A stretch of 64,000 nucleotides of DNA. It comes from Felis catus. Taxonomy: Eukaryota. Positions 51,171 through 63,450 of the stretch are shown here, piece after piece. A program made the position numbers and the translations under genes. The notes under the pieces are model-generated. The model had not been told where the DNA came from. It was given only the letters and a program-made list of their open reading frames with translations, and ran no database searches. The stretch covers positions 181,166,001 to 181,230,000 of the forward strand of contig NC_058368.1 in assembly GCF_018350175.1 (NCBI RefSeq). The letters run 5' to 3'. Within the stretch, counting starts at the first letter, position 1. Each line of letters starts with the position of its first letter.

Positions 51171-52253
51171 ATCTTTATGAATGAAGGTTAAATTTGGCTT
51201 CAAGTTCTTTTCCATGAGGGCTAAATAGCTTTGTACAGACACTATGTGTTGTTGGCCTTAGGGTTTTTGTGATACTAAGAATTATTTATTTGTAGCTATG
51301 TTCTAATCATTGTGGAAAATATTTTCTAGCTTATCAATTCTATTAAACTCCAAACTAAGCCCAGGTAGGCACTATTGTTATTCCATTTTTTCCAGTTAAG
51401 AGACTTAGGCTCAGGATAGTCAGGTATCAGAGCATACAGTCTGACAACCAGGCAGGATTCAGGTCCCACTCTGTCCAGGCCCACTACTAGCCCAGAAGGC
51501 ATTTATATGATAAAAAGAAAAATGTGTCCCTTCATGTTGGAGACAGACTACTGGGCAAGAGAATCAGGAGCTATATTTCAGGTCCACTTTTCTCCTTGGC
51601 CAAGCTTCCTGCACAACCATAAGCAGTTTGAGCCTATGATCCACTCTGCTATCCAATCCTGATGCATTAACCTATCTTCAGGGAGCATCTTCATGTTTTG
51701 TACCTTCTCCTGGGCAGTGTGTGCTCACTTGTGACTTTGGCTTTTCTACAAGGAGGGTTTAGACTTCCTTTAGCATTATCACTGTGACCACCTCTGACAG
51801 ACTCCTTGTTTCTCAGGCCTTGATTCCCCCAGCTCCCAATAAGACATTATTGCACTTTGCAGATACTGAATTTTTTATCATTCCAAGGCCTGTGGCAACC
51901 CTGCATCAAGCAAGTCTATTGGTACTGTTTTTCCAATGGCATCTGCTCACTTTGTATCTGTTTCACATTTTGGTAATTCTTGTGATATTTCAAACATCTT
52001 CATTATTATTATATTTGTTATGGTGATTTGTGATCAGTGATCTTTGATGTTACTTTTGTAATAGTTTTGGGGCACTGTAAACCATGACCATATGAGACGG
52101 TAAACTTAACAGATACTGTGTGTTCTGACTGTTCCACTGACCAGCAGTCCCTCCTTCTCTGTCTCCCTCTCTTTTTCCCCCTCTCTCTCTTTTCTTGGGA
52201 TTCCCTATTCCTTGAGACACAATATTGAAATTATGCCAATTAATAATCCTACA

Positions 52254-54246
52254 ATGGCCTTAAAGTGTTCAAGTAGAAGGAAGAGTCACAGATCTCTCAT
52301 TTTAAATCAAAAGCTAGAAATGATTAAGCCTAGTAAGGGAGGCATATCAAAAGTCAAGACAGGCCAAAAGCTGGGCCTTATGTGCCAAACAGTCAAGTTG
52401 TGAACGCAAAGGGAAACTCCTTGAAGGAAATTAAAAGTGCTGCTCTAGTGAACAAATGAATGATAAGAAAGTGAAACTGCCTTATTGTTGATATGCAGAA
52501 AGTTTTAGTGGTCTGGATGGAAGACCAAACCAGCCACAATATTCTCTTAAGGCAAAGCCTAATCCAGACTAGGGCCCTAACTGCCTGCAATTTGATGCAG
52601 GCTGAAGGAGGTGAGGAAACTGCAGAAGAAAATTTGAAGCTAGCAGAGTTTGGTTCATGAGGTTTACAGAAGAAGCCATCTCCTTAACATAAAAGTGCAA
52701 GATGCAGCAGCAAATACTGATGTAGGAGCTGCATCAAGTTACCCAGAAGATGCAGTCAAGATAGGTAATGAAGGTGCCTACACTAAACCACAGATTTTCA
52801 ATGTTGATGGAACAACCCTATATTGGAAGAAGATGCCATTTAGGAATTTCATAGCTAGAGAGAAGTCAATGCCTGTCTTCAAAGCTCAAAGGACAGAAAG
52901 ACTCTCTTGTTAGAGGCTAAAGTAGTTGGTGACATTAATTTGAAGTCAATGCTCATTTACCATTCAGAAAACCCAAAGACCCTTAAGAATTATACTAAAT
53001 CTACCCTGCCTACATTCTATACGTGAAATGAAAAATAGTTGTGCTTGGATGATGGCACAACTATTTGCAATTCAGTTTACTGAACATTTTAAGCCCACTG
53101 TTGAGATCTACTACTCAGAGAAAAAGATTCCTTTCAAAATATTACCAATGACTGACAATGCAATTGGTCACCCAAGAGCTGTGATGGAAATTCACAATGA
53201 CATTAATGTTGTTTTCATGGCCGCTAACACAACATCCATTGTGCAATCCATGGATCAAGGAGAAATTTCAACCTTCAAATCTTATTATTTAAGAAATACA
53301 TTTTATAGGGCGCCTGGGTGGCTCAGTCAGTTAAGCCTCCAACTTTGGCTTAGGTCACAATCTCATGGTTCGTGGGTTTGAGCCCTGCATTGGACTATGT
53401 GCTGACAGCTCAGAGCCTGGAGCCTGCTTTGGAATCTGTGTCTCCCTCTATCTCTGCCCCTCCCCATCTGAATCTCTGTCTCTCAAAAACAAATAAATGT
53501 TTAAAAAATTAAGAAATACATTTTGTAAAGGCTATAGCTATGATAGTGATTCCTCTGATGGATCTGGGAAAGTCAGTTGAAACCATTTTGAAAAGAATTA
53601 TTCTAGATGCCGTTAAGATTATTTGTGTTTCATGGAAAAAGGTCAAACACCAACATGAACAGAAGTTTGGAAGAAGTTGATTTCAACTTTCATGGATGAC
53701 TTTGAGGGGTTCAGGACTTGAGTGGAGCAAGTAACTACAAATGTGGTAGAAATATCAAGACAACTAAATTAAAAGTGGAGCCCGAGGATGTGACTGAATT
53801 GTTGCAATCTCATGATAAAACTTGAATGAATGAGGAGTTGCTCCTTACGAATGAGCAAAGAAGGTATTTCTTGAGGAGGAATCTAGTCCTGGTAAAGATG
53901 CCATGGAAATTGTTGATATGACAAAAAAGCATTTAGAATATTACATAAACTTAGTTGATAAAGCAAAGGCAGGGTTTGAGAGGATTGGCTCCAATTGTGA
54001 AAGAAGTTCTACTGTGGGTAAAATGCTATCGAACAGCATTGCATGCTACAGAGAAATTGTTCATGAAAGGAAAGTCAATCAATGCAGCAAACTTCATTGT
54101 TGTCTTATTTTAAGAAATTGCCACAGCCACTCTGACCTTCACCTTCTGCAATTACCACACTTATCAGCCAATAACCATCAACATCAAGACAAGACCATCC
54201 ACCAGCTAAAAGATTATTACTTGCTGAAAGCTCAGATGATGGTTAG
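52254..54246 (+). pseudogene. Decayed Tigger1 (pogo-type DDD) transposase
   Basis: Fragmented frames [55 protein letters not shown] and QSMDQGEISTFKSYYLR; multiple stops, frameshifts and a SINE insertion. Confidence 0.92.
53307..53508 (+). mobile_element. Can-SINE inserted in the Tigger1 ORF
   Basis: TSD AAGAAATACATTTT(A/G)T at 53291-53306 and 53511-53526. Confidence 0.95.
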
Positions 54247-54272
54247 CATTTTCTAACAATAAAGTATGTTTA

Positions 54273-54724
54273 TTTTTATTTTTAGTTTTAGTTTATCATT
54301 ATTTATTTCTTTTTTTAAAAAATTTTTTTTCAACGTTTATTTATTTTTGGGACAGAGAGAGACAGAGCATGAACGGGGGAGGGGCAGAGAGAGAGGGAGA
54401 CACAGAATCGGAAACAGGCTCCAGGCTCCGAGCCATTAGCCCAGAGCCTGACGCGGGGCTCGAACTCACGGAACACGAGATCGTGACCTGGCTGAAGTCA
54501 GACGCTTAACCGACTGCGCCACCCAGGCGCCCCACATTATTTATTTCTTGAGAGACAGAGTGTGAGGGGGGAGAAGCAGAGGGAGAGGGAGACACAACCT
54601 GAAGCAGGCTCCAGGCTCTGAGCTGTCAGCACAGAGCCCAATGCGGGGCTTGGACCCATGAACTGTAAGATCATGACCTGAACTAAAGTCGGATGCTTAA
54701 TTAACTGAGCCATCCAGGGGCCCC
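54273..54724 (-). mobile_element. Can-SINE (outer) in the Tigger1 3' region, split by a younger SINE
   Basis: TSD AAGTAT(G/T)TTTA at 54262-54272 and 54725-54735; body 54550-54724, tail 54273-54311. Confidence 0.92.
54312..54533 (-). mobile_element. Young SINEC_Fc nested in the tail of another SINE
   Basis: CpG-rich body; perfect 15-bp TSD CATTATTTATTTCTT at 54297-54311 and 54535-54549. Confidence 0.95.
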
Positions 54725-54891
54725 AAGTATTTTTAAATTAAGGTATGTAATTTCCTTTAGACATAATGCTATTGCACACTTAATAGACTATAGTACAGTA
54801 TAAATATAACTTTTATATGCACTGGGATACCACAAACTTCATTTGACTTGCTTTAATGCAATATTCACTTTATTGCTCTGGTCTACAACTT

Positions 54892-57227
54892 GAAAATCTC
54901 ATGAACTTGTGGAAATTAAACAACACCCTTTTGAACTATAAATTGATCAAAGAAGAAGTTAAAAGGCAATAAAAAGTTTCTGGAGACAAATGAAATAGAA
55001 ACATGACATACAAGAATTTGTGGAAGAAAGGAAATAATTAAGAGTAGAGTAGAAACAGATGAAATATAAAACAAAAAAATGATAAAAAATATTAACCAAA
55101 CTAATTGAAAAGATAGAAAGATAATTGTCTCATTTGCAGATGACATGGTTTTATATACAGAAAATCCTAAACATTCAATAAAAAAACTGTTAGATTCAAT
55201 CACTGAATTCAGTAAAATTTATGGATACAAAATTAACATACAGATATCAACAGCAATTCTATATATTAATAACAAAATTTCTGAAAAATAAAGAAATCAA
55301 TTCCATTTACTATAGCATCAAAAACAGTAAATTGCTTAGTAATAAATTTAACTAAAGAAGTGAAAGATATCTACACTGAAAACGACAAGACATTGATAGG
55401 AAAAAACAGAAAAGACACAAATAAATGGAAAGATATCCCTGTTCATGAATTAGAAAAATTAATATTGTTAAAATGTCACTACTACTGAAAGCCATCTATG
55501 GATTCAGTGCAACTCTATCAAGATTCCAATGAAATTGTTTACAAATAGAAAAAAACACTCTTAAAATTTATATGGGACCACAAAAAGTCTGAATTTCCAA
55601 AGAAACCTTGAGAAAGAACAAAGCAAGAGATATCACACTTCTTGATTTTAAGCTAAAAACTATAGTCATCAAAGCAGTATGGTGCTGACATAAAACAAAT
55701 AGACCATTGGAACAGAATTGAGAGCCCAGAAATTAACCCAAGTATCTATGGTCAAACAGTACTTCACAAGGTAACCAATAGTACTCAGTCGAGAAAAAGA
55801 AGCCCTTTAATAAATGGTGCTGGAATAATTAGATATTCACATGTAAAAGAATGAAACTGGGCTCATATCTCACACCACTCACAAAAATTATTCAAAACAG
55901 ATTAAATGTTTAATTTAAGGCCTGAAACCATGAAACTCCTATAAGAAAACATTGGAACAAAGATTCTTAACATAAGTCTTGGTAATGAGGTTTTTGGATA
56001 TGACACATAGAGCACAAACAACACAAAACACAAAAAAGTAGGATTGCATCAAACTAAAAAGCCTCTGCACACAAAAGAAAGACAACCTACAGAATGGGAA
56101 AAATATATTTGTGAACCATGTATTTGATAAGGGGTTCATATCTAAAACATGTAAATAATTCACGCAGTCAATAGCAAAAATAAAGTAAAATAAATAACCC
56201 AATTAAAAAAATGGACAAAGGGCCTGAATAGATTTCTTCAAAAGGTTTTGCAAAGGGCTAGCAGAATACATGAAATGATGCTCAATATCACTAGCTTTTA
56301 GGGAAATGCAAATTAAAACCACAGTGAGATGTTACCTCATGCCTATTAGAATGGCAATCAACAAAAACACAAGTGATAAAACAAATGCCGGTGTGGATAT
56401 GGAAAAATGTGCATTGTTGGTGTGATTTTAATCTGGTATAACCACTCTGGAAATCAGTATGGAAGATTCTCAAAAAATTAAAAATAGAACTACCATATGA
56501 TTCAGAAATTCCATGTCTGGGAATATGTCCAATGGTAAGGAAAAAACAAACTCAAGAAGCTATATGTACCCCCGTATTCATAGCAGCATTATTTATAATA
56601 GCCAAGACATGGAAACAACTTCAGTGTCTATTGAGAGATGAATGGATAAAGAAGTTGTAATTATATAGATATAGACACAGATATAAAATGGAATATTATT
56701 CAGCCATATAAATGATAAAATTCTACCATTTGCAACAACGTGAAAATACCTTGAAGGGGCATTCATTAAGTGAAATATTGAAGTAAGTCAAACAAAGACA
56801 AATACTGCATGATCTCATTTATATGAGGAATCCAAAAAAATCATAGAAAAAGATCAAATTTATGGTTACCAGAGGTGGGGGTGAGGGAAGGAAGAATTGA
56901 AGGAAGATGGTCAAAAGGTACAAATTTAAGGTTTTAAGATAAGTAACTACTGGGGATGTAATGGACAGCCTGGTGATTATAGCTAACATTACTGTGTGAT
57001 ATATAGGGAAGTTGTTAAGAGAGTAAATGCTAAGAATTCTCATCACAAAGAGAGATGTTTATTCTTTTCTTCTTTCTTTTCTTTTTATTGTATCTATACA
57101 AGAAGATGGAAGTAGTTAAACCTATTGTAATAATTTCAGAATATAAGTAAATCAACCATCATGATGTGCATGTTAAACTTATTCAGTGATGTATATCAAC
57201 TATCAATAAAACTGAAGAAAAAAAAAA
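54892..57227 (+). mobile_element. 5'-truncated, internally deleted L1 (ORF2 remnants, 3' UTR, poly-A); L1MA9/L1_Carn-like
   Basis: TGGAAATTAAACAACAC; RT motif TTTGCAGATGACATG (FADDM) at 55133; TGGAACAGAATTGAGAGCCCAGAAAT; GGGAAATGCAAATTAAAACCACA; AATAAAA plus A tail. Confidence 0.93.
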
Positions 57228-57957
57228 GAGGGGAGACTGAGTAATTCTACCCACTTGCTTCAGCCAGCATGGCTAGAGTGTCAAATGAGTAGGGAATCCT
57301 CTCCAAAACAGTCAGTAACTTATTTTGTGGACCCCTTGGGCTTCTCTCTAGAACCTTCTGGAAAGGCACATCCAGAAGGCACTGGTACAAGCAAAAAAAA
57401 AAAAAAAAAAAAAAAAAAAGGAGACAGGGAAGTCATCCAAATTTTGATTTTAAAAGTTCTATACCTTGGATTAAAGAGAAAATTGACAATAATTTTTGTA
57501 TTAGAGAAGTGATAATTTAATTTACCCTAAAACAGCCATGTTAACAACATGCTTCTAATTGTGCAAAATATGAAGAAAAAAAAGAAAGGAATTATATTAA
57601 GGAGAAACTTTGTCTTGAAGACATGGAAAATGTTGGGTTCAAGGGACTCTTGTTTAGGTCTTCAGATGTTCTGCAAAGGTAGATATTACATTAGAGATTA
57701 AGGAACAATAGGAATGATGGTGCAGCATAGAAACATGGTTAAGAGAACGTAGAAAGACAGAGAAGTCTCGTTAGCTCTTATCTGTACTATCCCTAGACCG
57801 TGATACCTATCCTCCTTTTTGACAGTCTCTCTTCTATCCTGCACATCAAATTAATCATCCTATAAATTGTTTCATCATGTCACACTATTGCTCGAATACC
57901 CTTCAAATGGTTGTTACTGAAATTCAAATCCAATTGCTTTCCCATAGCACTCAATGA

Positions 57958-58108
57958 AGGGCTGCCAGATAAAATATAGGATACCCAGTTAAATTTGAAT
58001 TTCAAATAAACAGTAATTTTGCTTGGGACAAACAATGCCAAAAATTTCTTGTTGTTCACACAAAATTCAAATTTAACTGGGTATCCTGTAATTTTATTTG
58101 CTAAATCT
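57958..58108. mobile_element. MER53 palindromic MITE (internally deleted), within an L2 relic
   Basis: AGGGCTGCCAGATAAAATATAGGATACCCAGTTAAATTTGAATTTC ... AAATTCAAATTTAACTGGGTATCCTGTAATTTTATTTGCTAAATCT. Confidence 0.88.
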
Positions 58109-59299
58109 TCAAATTCAAAGGGATTTCTAACCTGGCCCAACCTCCCTCTGGAGCTTTATCTTCCTGCATTCCATTAAAATGGTTTTCTTGCCCCCTGAAA
58201 TGCACAAAGAATATTCTTATCTCCAAGCCTGGCTCCTACTGGCACCCTCACCTGGAGTGTCTATTTTATTTTTCACTCTCTGTCCAGCAAGGTAGTACAT
58301 CACAGTCTCCAATATGTATTCTTAATCCCCTGAGAAATTACATCTATGAGATGCATATGTTCCTCATTTGACACTTGATAAATACATATACTGTATCTAT
58401 CACTCACACTGCTGATAAGATGGAATTCTTCGTTATTTAAGCCCTGAATTGTTACCCTAGTCTTCCCATTCCTGATCTAGATGTGTCCTTCATTATGGAC
58501 ATAGTCAGTGACTCAATATGGCTTGACCCTGAAACCGTAAAGCCTCTGAGAGTTTCAAGTGTCACTGTGGCAAGTGACAGAGCAGGCTTTAAAGCCACTT
58601 AAGAATCAGTGTGTGTAACTCCTTTACCCTGGTGTTGATTTTTGTTGATTTGAGCTCTACTGAATTCTCTTTGAATTTTCCTTTCTATCTGTATGCATTC
58701 TACTTCATACCATTTCACTTACATGCTCTACAAGAGCTATGGCCACTGGGCCAGTTTCTCTGCCTGCAGTGTCTTTCCAAAGCTTCAGCCACAATTTATT
58801 GTATTCAAGCCTGTCACCAATTTCTCTAAAACGATCCTGAACATGGTCTCTGTAAGTTCTGGAAACTTCATTCCTACCAAATGTATTGGCTTGTTCTTCC
58901 AGGTTGTTGATTTTCTGATGCTCATCTATTGTTTTGCTTTAGTTCATACCAGTTCCTTTCATGTGCATTTTTCACCCAAGTCACATCTTCTCTGAACATT
59001 CCCATGTCTCGCTTCCTTGTCCTATCTCCTGAAATCCTCTACTTTCCCATCTTGAACAATCAAAGTGTTTCCTCTCTACTCATATTTCATCTCCTTCAGA
59101 AAGCTTTCCTTGATTATCCTAATCAGAAGTCATAGAATCTTAAGTTTGGGAGGAAGACTTCAGACTTCATCTCATCTGATATACTAGTTTGTACATTCGT
59201 TTTCAGGATACATATTTTATCTTCCTCCTGGATACATACTTTGGGAAAGTTGGGAACCATGCATCATCCAGTCTAGATTATCTGCCATGCTTCAGAGGA

Positions 59300-59413
59300 G
59301 ATATGTATGTATATATATGTATGTATATATGTGTACACATATACACACATACACATATGTTTATGACACACATATGAATACACATGAGCATATATGTTTA
59401 CAGATATACATAT
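59300..59413. repeat. Degenerate (TA)/(TG)/(CA) simple repeat
   Basis: Seen directly. Confidence 0.85.
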
Positions 59414-59504
59414 CTCAGTTCCCACTAGTTGAAACTAAGTATTTCATATGTCTTATCTAATAAACTTTAAATGTCTTATAGAGACAAAAAAACAACTTTC
59501 ATGG

Positions 59505-59640
59505 TCCTTAGATCTTAGGCAAATTACTTACTTTTTTGGTATTCGGTTTCCTTACCTGCAAATGTAGAGAATATTAGCTCCTACCTCATGGTGTGACTAT
59601 GGGAGTGAATGACACAAAACACTCAAGGCAGCTTAACAGC
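59505..59640 (+). mobile_element. MIR fragment
   Basis: TCTTAGGCAAATTACTTA..GGTTTCCTTACCTGCAAAT..CCTACCTCATGG. Confidence 0.68.
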
Positions 59641-61184
59641 TATGTTTGAAGACAAGTCTAAGCAAAAATGTGCTGAATAAATGAAAGATATTGTAGAGAG
59701 GTACTCTATTTCCCACTATATGTAGGAAATATGACCTAACTCACAACATAAATGAGGCTGTGAAAAGACAAAGTACTGGGTAATGGGGTTTACTGGAGAC
59801 CAAATTCAGACAGCAAAATGCCTGAGTTGTAATAACTCTTACATGATAACTTGTTGGACCATTATTTATTATAATAAAGTGATCAAAAAACCTAACGACT
59901 TTGAACCGTAGTTTATTTTTTAATAAAAATTAGAGAATGAAATCTTTGAAAACAATATAAAGGAGGCCTACAGTTCTTGCCCAGTGCTTTGAAATCCCCA
60001 GTAGAAATACATACAGCGTATTCTTGTACATAAAGCAGCTGTCATCCATAGCTTGAAGATGTAGGAAGCGGGAACAAAACATTAGGCACTCCTCAAAAAT
60101 AAAGGAAACCAGTTTCAGCTACTTCTAATGTTTAGAAAAGTTTGCAAACATACTATTAGGAGTACTGTGATACTCTGATGCCATATATTTGAAGGCAGTA
60201 AGTGAAACCTCTTTAGGCTTCCTACGCTCCTTGCAGTCATGGACTTGTCTACCGCTGCTCTGTTTTCTTCGCATCAGCTCAGTGGAGCTGTGTACCCTCT
60301 TCAGCCTTCTCCACTCAGACGGGAGAGTTAATGCAGTTAGATTGCTCCTGGGCTTCTAGCCGGACTACTTAAAATGATATTACTTCCATCTGTGACGTGC
60401 ATCACCAGCAGTGCTCACATTTGAGGGCAACAGCAAACAGACAACTAAGTCCGCGCGAGCTGGAAGGGAAGCCGCGTTCCCCACTGAAACCGAAGACAGT
60501 GACAGGGCTATCAATCTGTCAATTTCCTCAACAGGGGCACAGGCCTCCACCTACTTGATGGGGCTCTTGAGCAAGGCCAATTGCTCCCAGTTCGCAGGAC
60601 CGGAAGGGAACTTTGCTCACAGATCACGAGCCCATTTTGACAACACGGGATTGATGCAATCAGAGTAAAAACTTAAATCAGGCCTTTGTTCTGATAAATG
60701 CCATATTGTAAGAAAACCCTCCTTGGGCCAAAAAGAAAAGTATAAAAAGCACCCATTACGCAGAATTCCTTGAGGATGAAAAGACATAATGCGGAAAATA
60801 AAAAATCAAGCTGAAGTATTAGGCTCAGGGCGTGGCAAATGGTCAAAACTAAATAAAGAGTGCCTGCAGTTATTTGCATACTTAGCACTCATATACACAG
60901 ATATTCATGTGCAAACATTCAGGTGGCCCTTTTCCAGGTTTATTGTTTATTATTATTCCTTATTTTAAAATTCTGTTCCTTGTAGAGCATTGTCCTCAAA
61001 TTATCTGTGTGAACAACTAATTTTTTAAAAAAGTTTCCAATCTGACACAAAAATAAAGTATAATAAAAACTGAGTTACTAGAAAAATGGATATCATGGTA
61101 ATATCAAAGTGCTTGTTTCTCATATTCTGAGTTTCTCTATCTTGCTGTGGATTGGTAGCAGTTTGCTCTGCACATCGTTCTTTA

Positions 61185-61404
61185 TTTTTTTTTTTTAAAT
61201 TTTTTAACGTTTATTTATTTTTGAGACAGAGACAGAGCATGAATGGGGGAGGGGCAGAGAGAGAGGGAGACACAGAATCGGAAGCAGGCTCCAGGCTCTG
61301 AGCCATCAGCTCAGAGCCCAACATGGGGCTTGAACTCACGGACCATGAGATCGTGACCTGAGCTGAAGTAGGACGCTTAACCGACTGAGCCACCCAGGCG
61401 CCCC
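61185..61404 (-). mobile_element. Can-SINE (SINEC_Fc family)
   Basis: Perfect 16-bp TSD TGCACATCGTTCTTTA at 61169-61184 and 61405-61420. Confidence 0.97.
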
Positions 61405-61720
61405 TGCACATCGTTCTTTAAACAATGATGCTTTAGGTATGTTCTACATGGTTTAGTACAAAGGACTATTCTCACAAAAATGGTCAAGGAACATAAAAGA
61501 TTTTTGTTTGTGGTAGATAAAGTCAGTAACAAACTGCACCCCAACTAGTTGAATTTTGGAAGAGTAGCCATTATCTTCTCTCGTCCACTCATCAGCTTCA
61601 AACATGTTGGTATGCTTTCAAAGCACCCACAAATACTGGGCTCTGTGAAGGCTGTAACTTCTGTCATTTGTATTTTTTTATCAACAGAATAGATATTTTA
61701 GAGTTTAAAAGTGCTGAGAA

Positions 61721-61933
61721 GGGGCACCTGGGTGGCTCAGCCTGTTGAGCGTCCAACTTCGGCTCAGGTCATGATCTCACAGTTCATGAGCTCAAGCCCC
61801 ACATCAGGCTCTGTGCTGACAGCTCAGAGCCTAGAGGCTGCTTCAGATTCTGTGTCTCCCTCTCTCTGCCCTTCCCCTCTAGCACTCTCTGTCTCTCTCT
61901 CTCAAAAATAAACACCTAACAACTTGTTTTAAA
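61721..61933 (+). mobile_element. Can-SINE (SINEC_Fc family)
   Basis: TSD AAAAG(T/G)GCTGAGAA at 61707-61720 and 61934-61947. Confidence 0.96.
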
Positions 61934-61978
61934 AAAAGGGCTGAGAAAATATATTTCAGCATTAGAAAAATTTAACTT

Positions 61979-62187
61979 AACATTTTTTATTGTTTATTTA
62001 TTTTTTGAGACAGAGACAGAGCATGAGCAGGGGAGGAGCAAAGAGAGAGGGAGACACAGAATCTGAAGCAGGCTCTAGGCTCTGAGCTGTCAGCACAGAG
62101 CCCAACGCGGAGCTTGAACTCACAGACTGTGAAATCTTGACCTGAGATGAAGTCAGATGCTTAACTGACTAAGCCACCCAGGCATCT
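61979..62187 (-). mobile_element. Can-SINE (SINEC_Fc family)
   Basis: Antisense body; degenerate TSD AAAAT(T/G)TAACTT. Confidence 0.95.
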
Positions 62188-63194
62188 GAGGAAAATGTAA
62201 CTTTAAATCTGTGAGTCATTTGTACTTGTATAAGGTAACCCAGTAAGTCATTTATATCTGTACGAATAGACAAAACCCAATCAATTCTTTATATGATTGT
62301 GCATGTAAATTCACTCTTTAAAAGGTTTTGAGTCTCCTCTTATCAACACTACTCTTCATCTCAGCTCTCCCTCTGTGTTTACTCCGTGTGTTCAGACACT
62401 CTGGGCTTAAGCTATAGGCTGGAAACTCTGTGAAAGGCATAAAGATTCTCCTAAGTGCAGAGGGTGAATACATTAAGATGTAATGGAAGAGAGATGATAC
62501 TAAACCAGGAAGCATGGGAATGAATTCTAGTTATAGCAACATTACTTAAAATTATAAGACTCCAGATTGTTCAAGTTTAAAGAAGCTCCCTGAAGATCAT
62601 GTTCAATCTCCTTATTGTAAATGTGCAAACTAGAACAGAGACTCAAGAGTAGTTGGTCTGTAGCAGGATCAAGAATCAAAAATCTGGCTCAGAAGGCCAG
62701 GGGGCAGTAATTAAACCGAAACTATTACTGACTTATTTGCTTTTTCTCCACCTAAGACTCTGATTTATAAAATTGAAAAAAATATATGCCTTTGTTCATT
62801 TACTCAATTACCAATGCCTATTATATATAATCCTATATGCAGAAAAGAGTTCTCCAGATGAAACAAGTCCAGTCAGGATCAGGCTTTCTTATTGTCTTTA
62901 CCATTATTAGATACACGTTTAAAGTGTACTGTTAGAGAAATGTTTCTCCTATTTTTAATCTTTCCACTTCAATCACTCCCACAATACTTACTCAAAAAAA
63001 ATTAAAGAAAAACCATATGGGAATATATAATGTAGAATTTCAAAAATCCTGAAGATAGTTGTTGGTGACAAAGGACAGCCAAAATTGGGCTAAGATATTT
63101 CTACACACATGCTGTAAGAGACAAGAGTGTGAAGAGCTTCCAGCAATTCATTTCAATGAGTTCAATAGAGATTATTTTAATACATAGTAACATC

Positions 63195-63365
63195 AGTCAT
63201 TGATTGAGCAGCTACAAATGCTGGGCACTTAATAAATGTCATCATATTTTTTGGTAAGTACCATACAGTGCATGATGGATTCAAAGAATGAAATTCCGAA
63301 AAGTTAAATAATTGTGTCCATTTACACAGCTAGACAGACAGACAGGCTTAAATCCCAGGTGGCTT
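63195..63365 (-). mobile_element. Degenerate MIR
   Basis: CATTGATTGAGCAGCTACAAATGCTGGGCACT ... CACAGCTAG. Confidence 0.55.
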
Positions 63366-63450
63366 AGTATGTGCCAGATATTACAGGGAGATTGATTCAT
63401 GCACGATTTCATTTAACCCTCTCAACAAACTTCAAAAATAGGTATTATTA

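Larger units (their letters stand above)
51841..54891 (+). mobile_element. Near full-length Tigger1 (TcMar-Tigger DNA transposon) with three nested Can-SINEs
   Basis: Matches recalled Tigger1 5' (TTATTGCACTTTGCAGATACTG..GTGGCAACCCTGCATCAAGCAAGTCTAT) and 3' (TAGACATAATGCTATTGCACACTTAATAGACTA..CACTTTATTGC..TGGTCT) regions; terminal inverted repeats damaged. Confidence 0.95.

Noticed and set aside
52254..54246. A domesticated Tigger transposase gene (TIGD1-like)
   Set aside because: Multiple stops and frameshifts plus a SINE insertion break the ORF.
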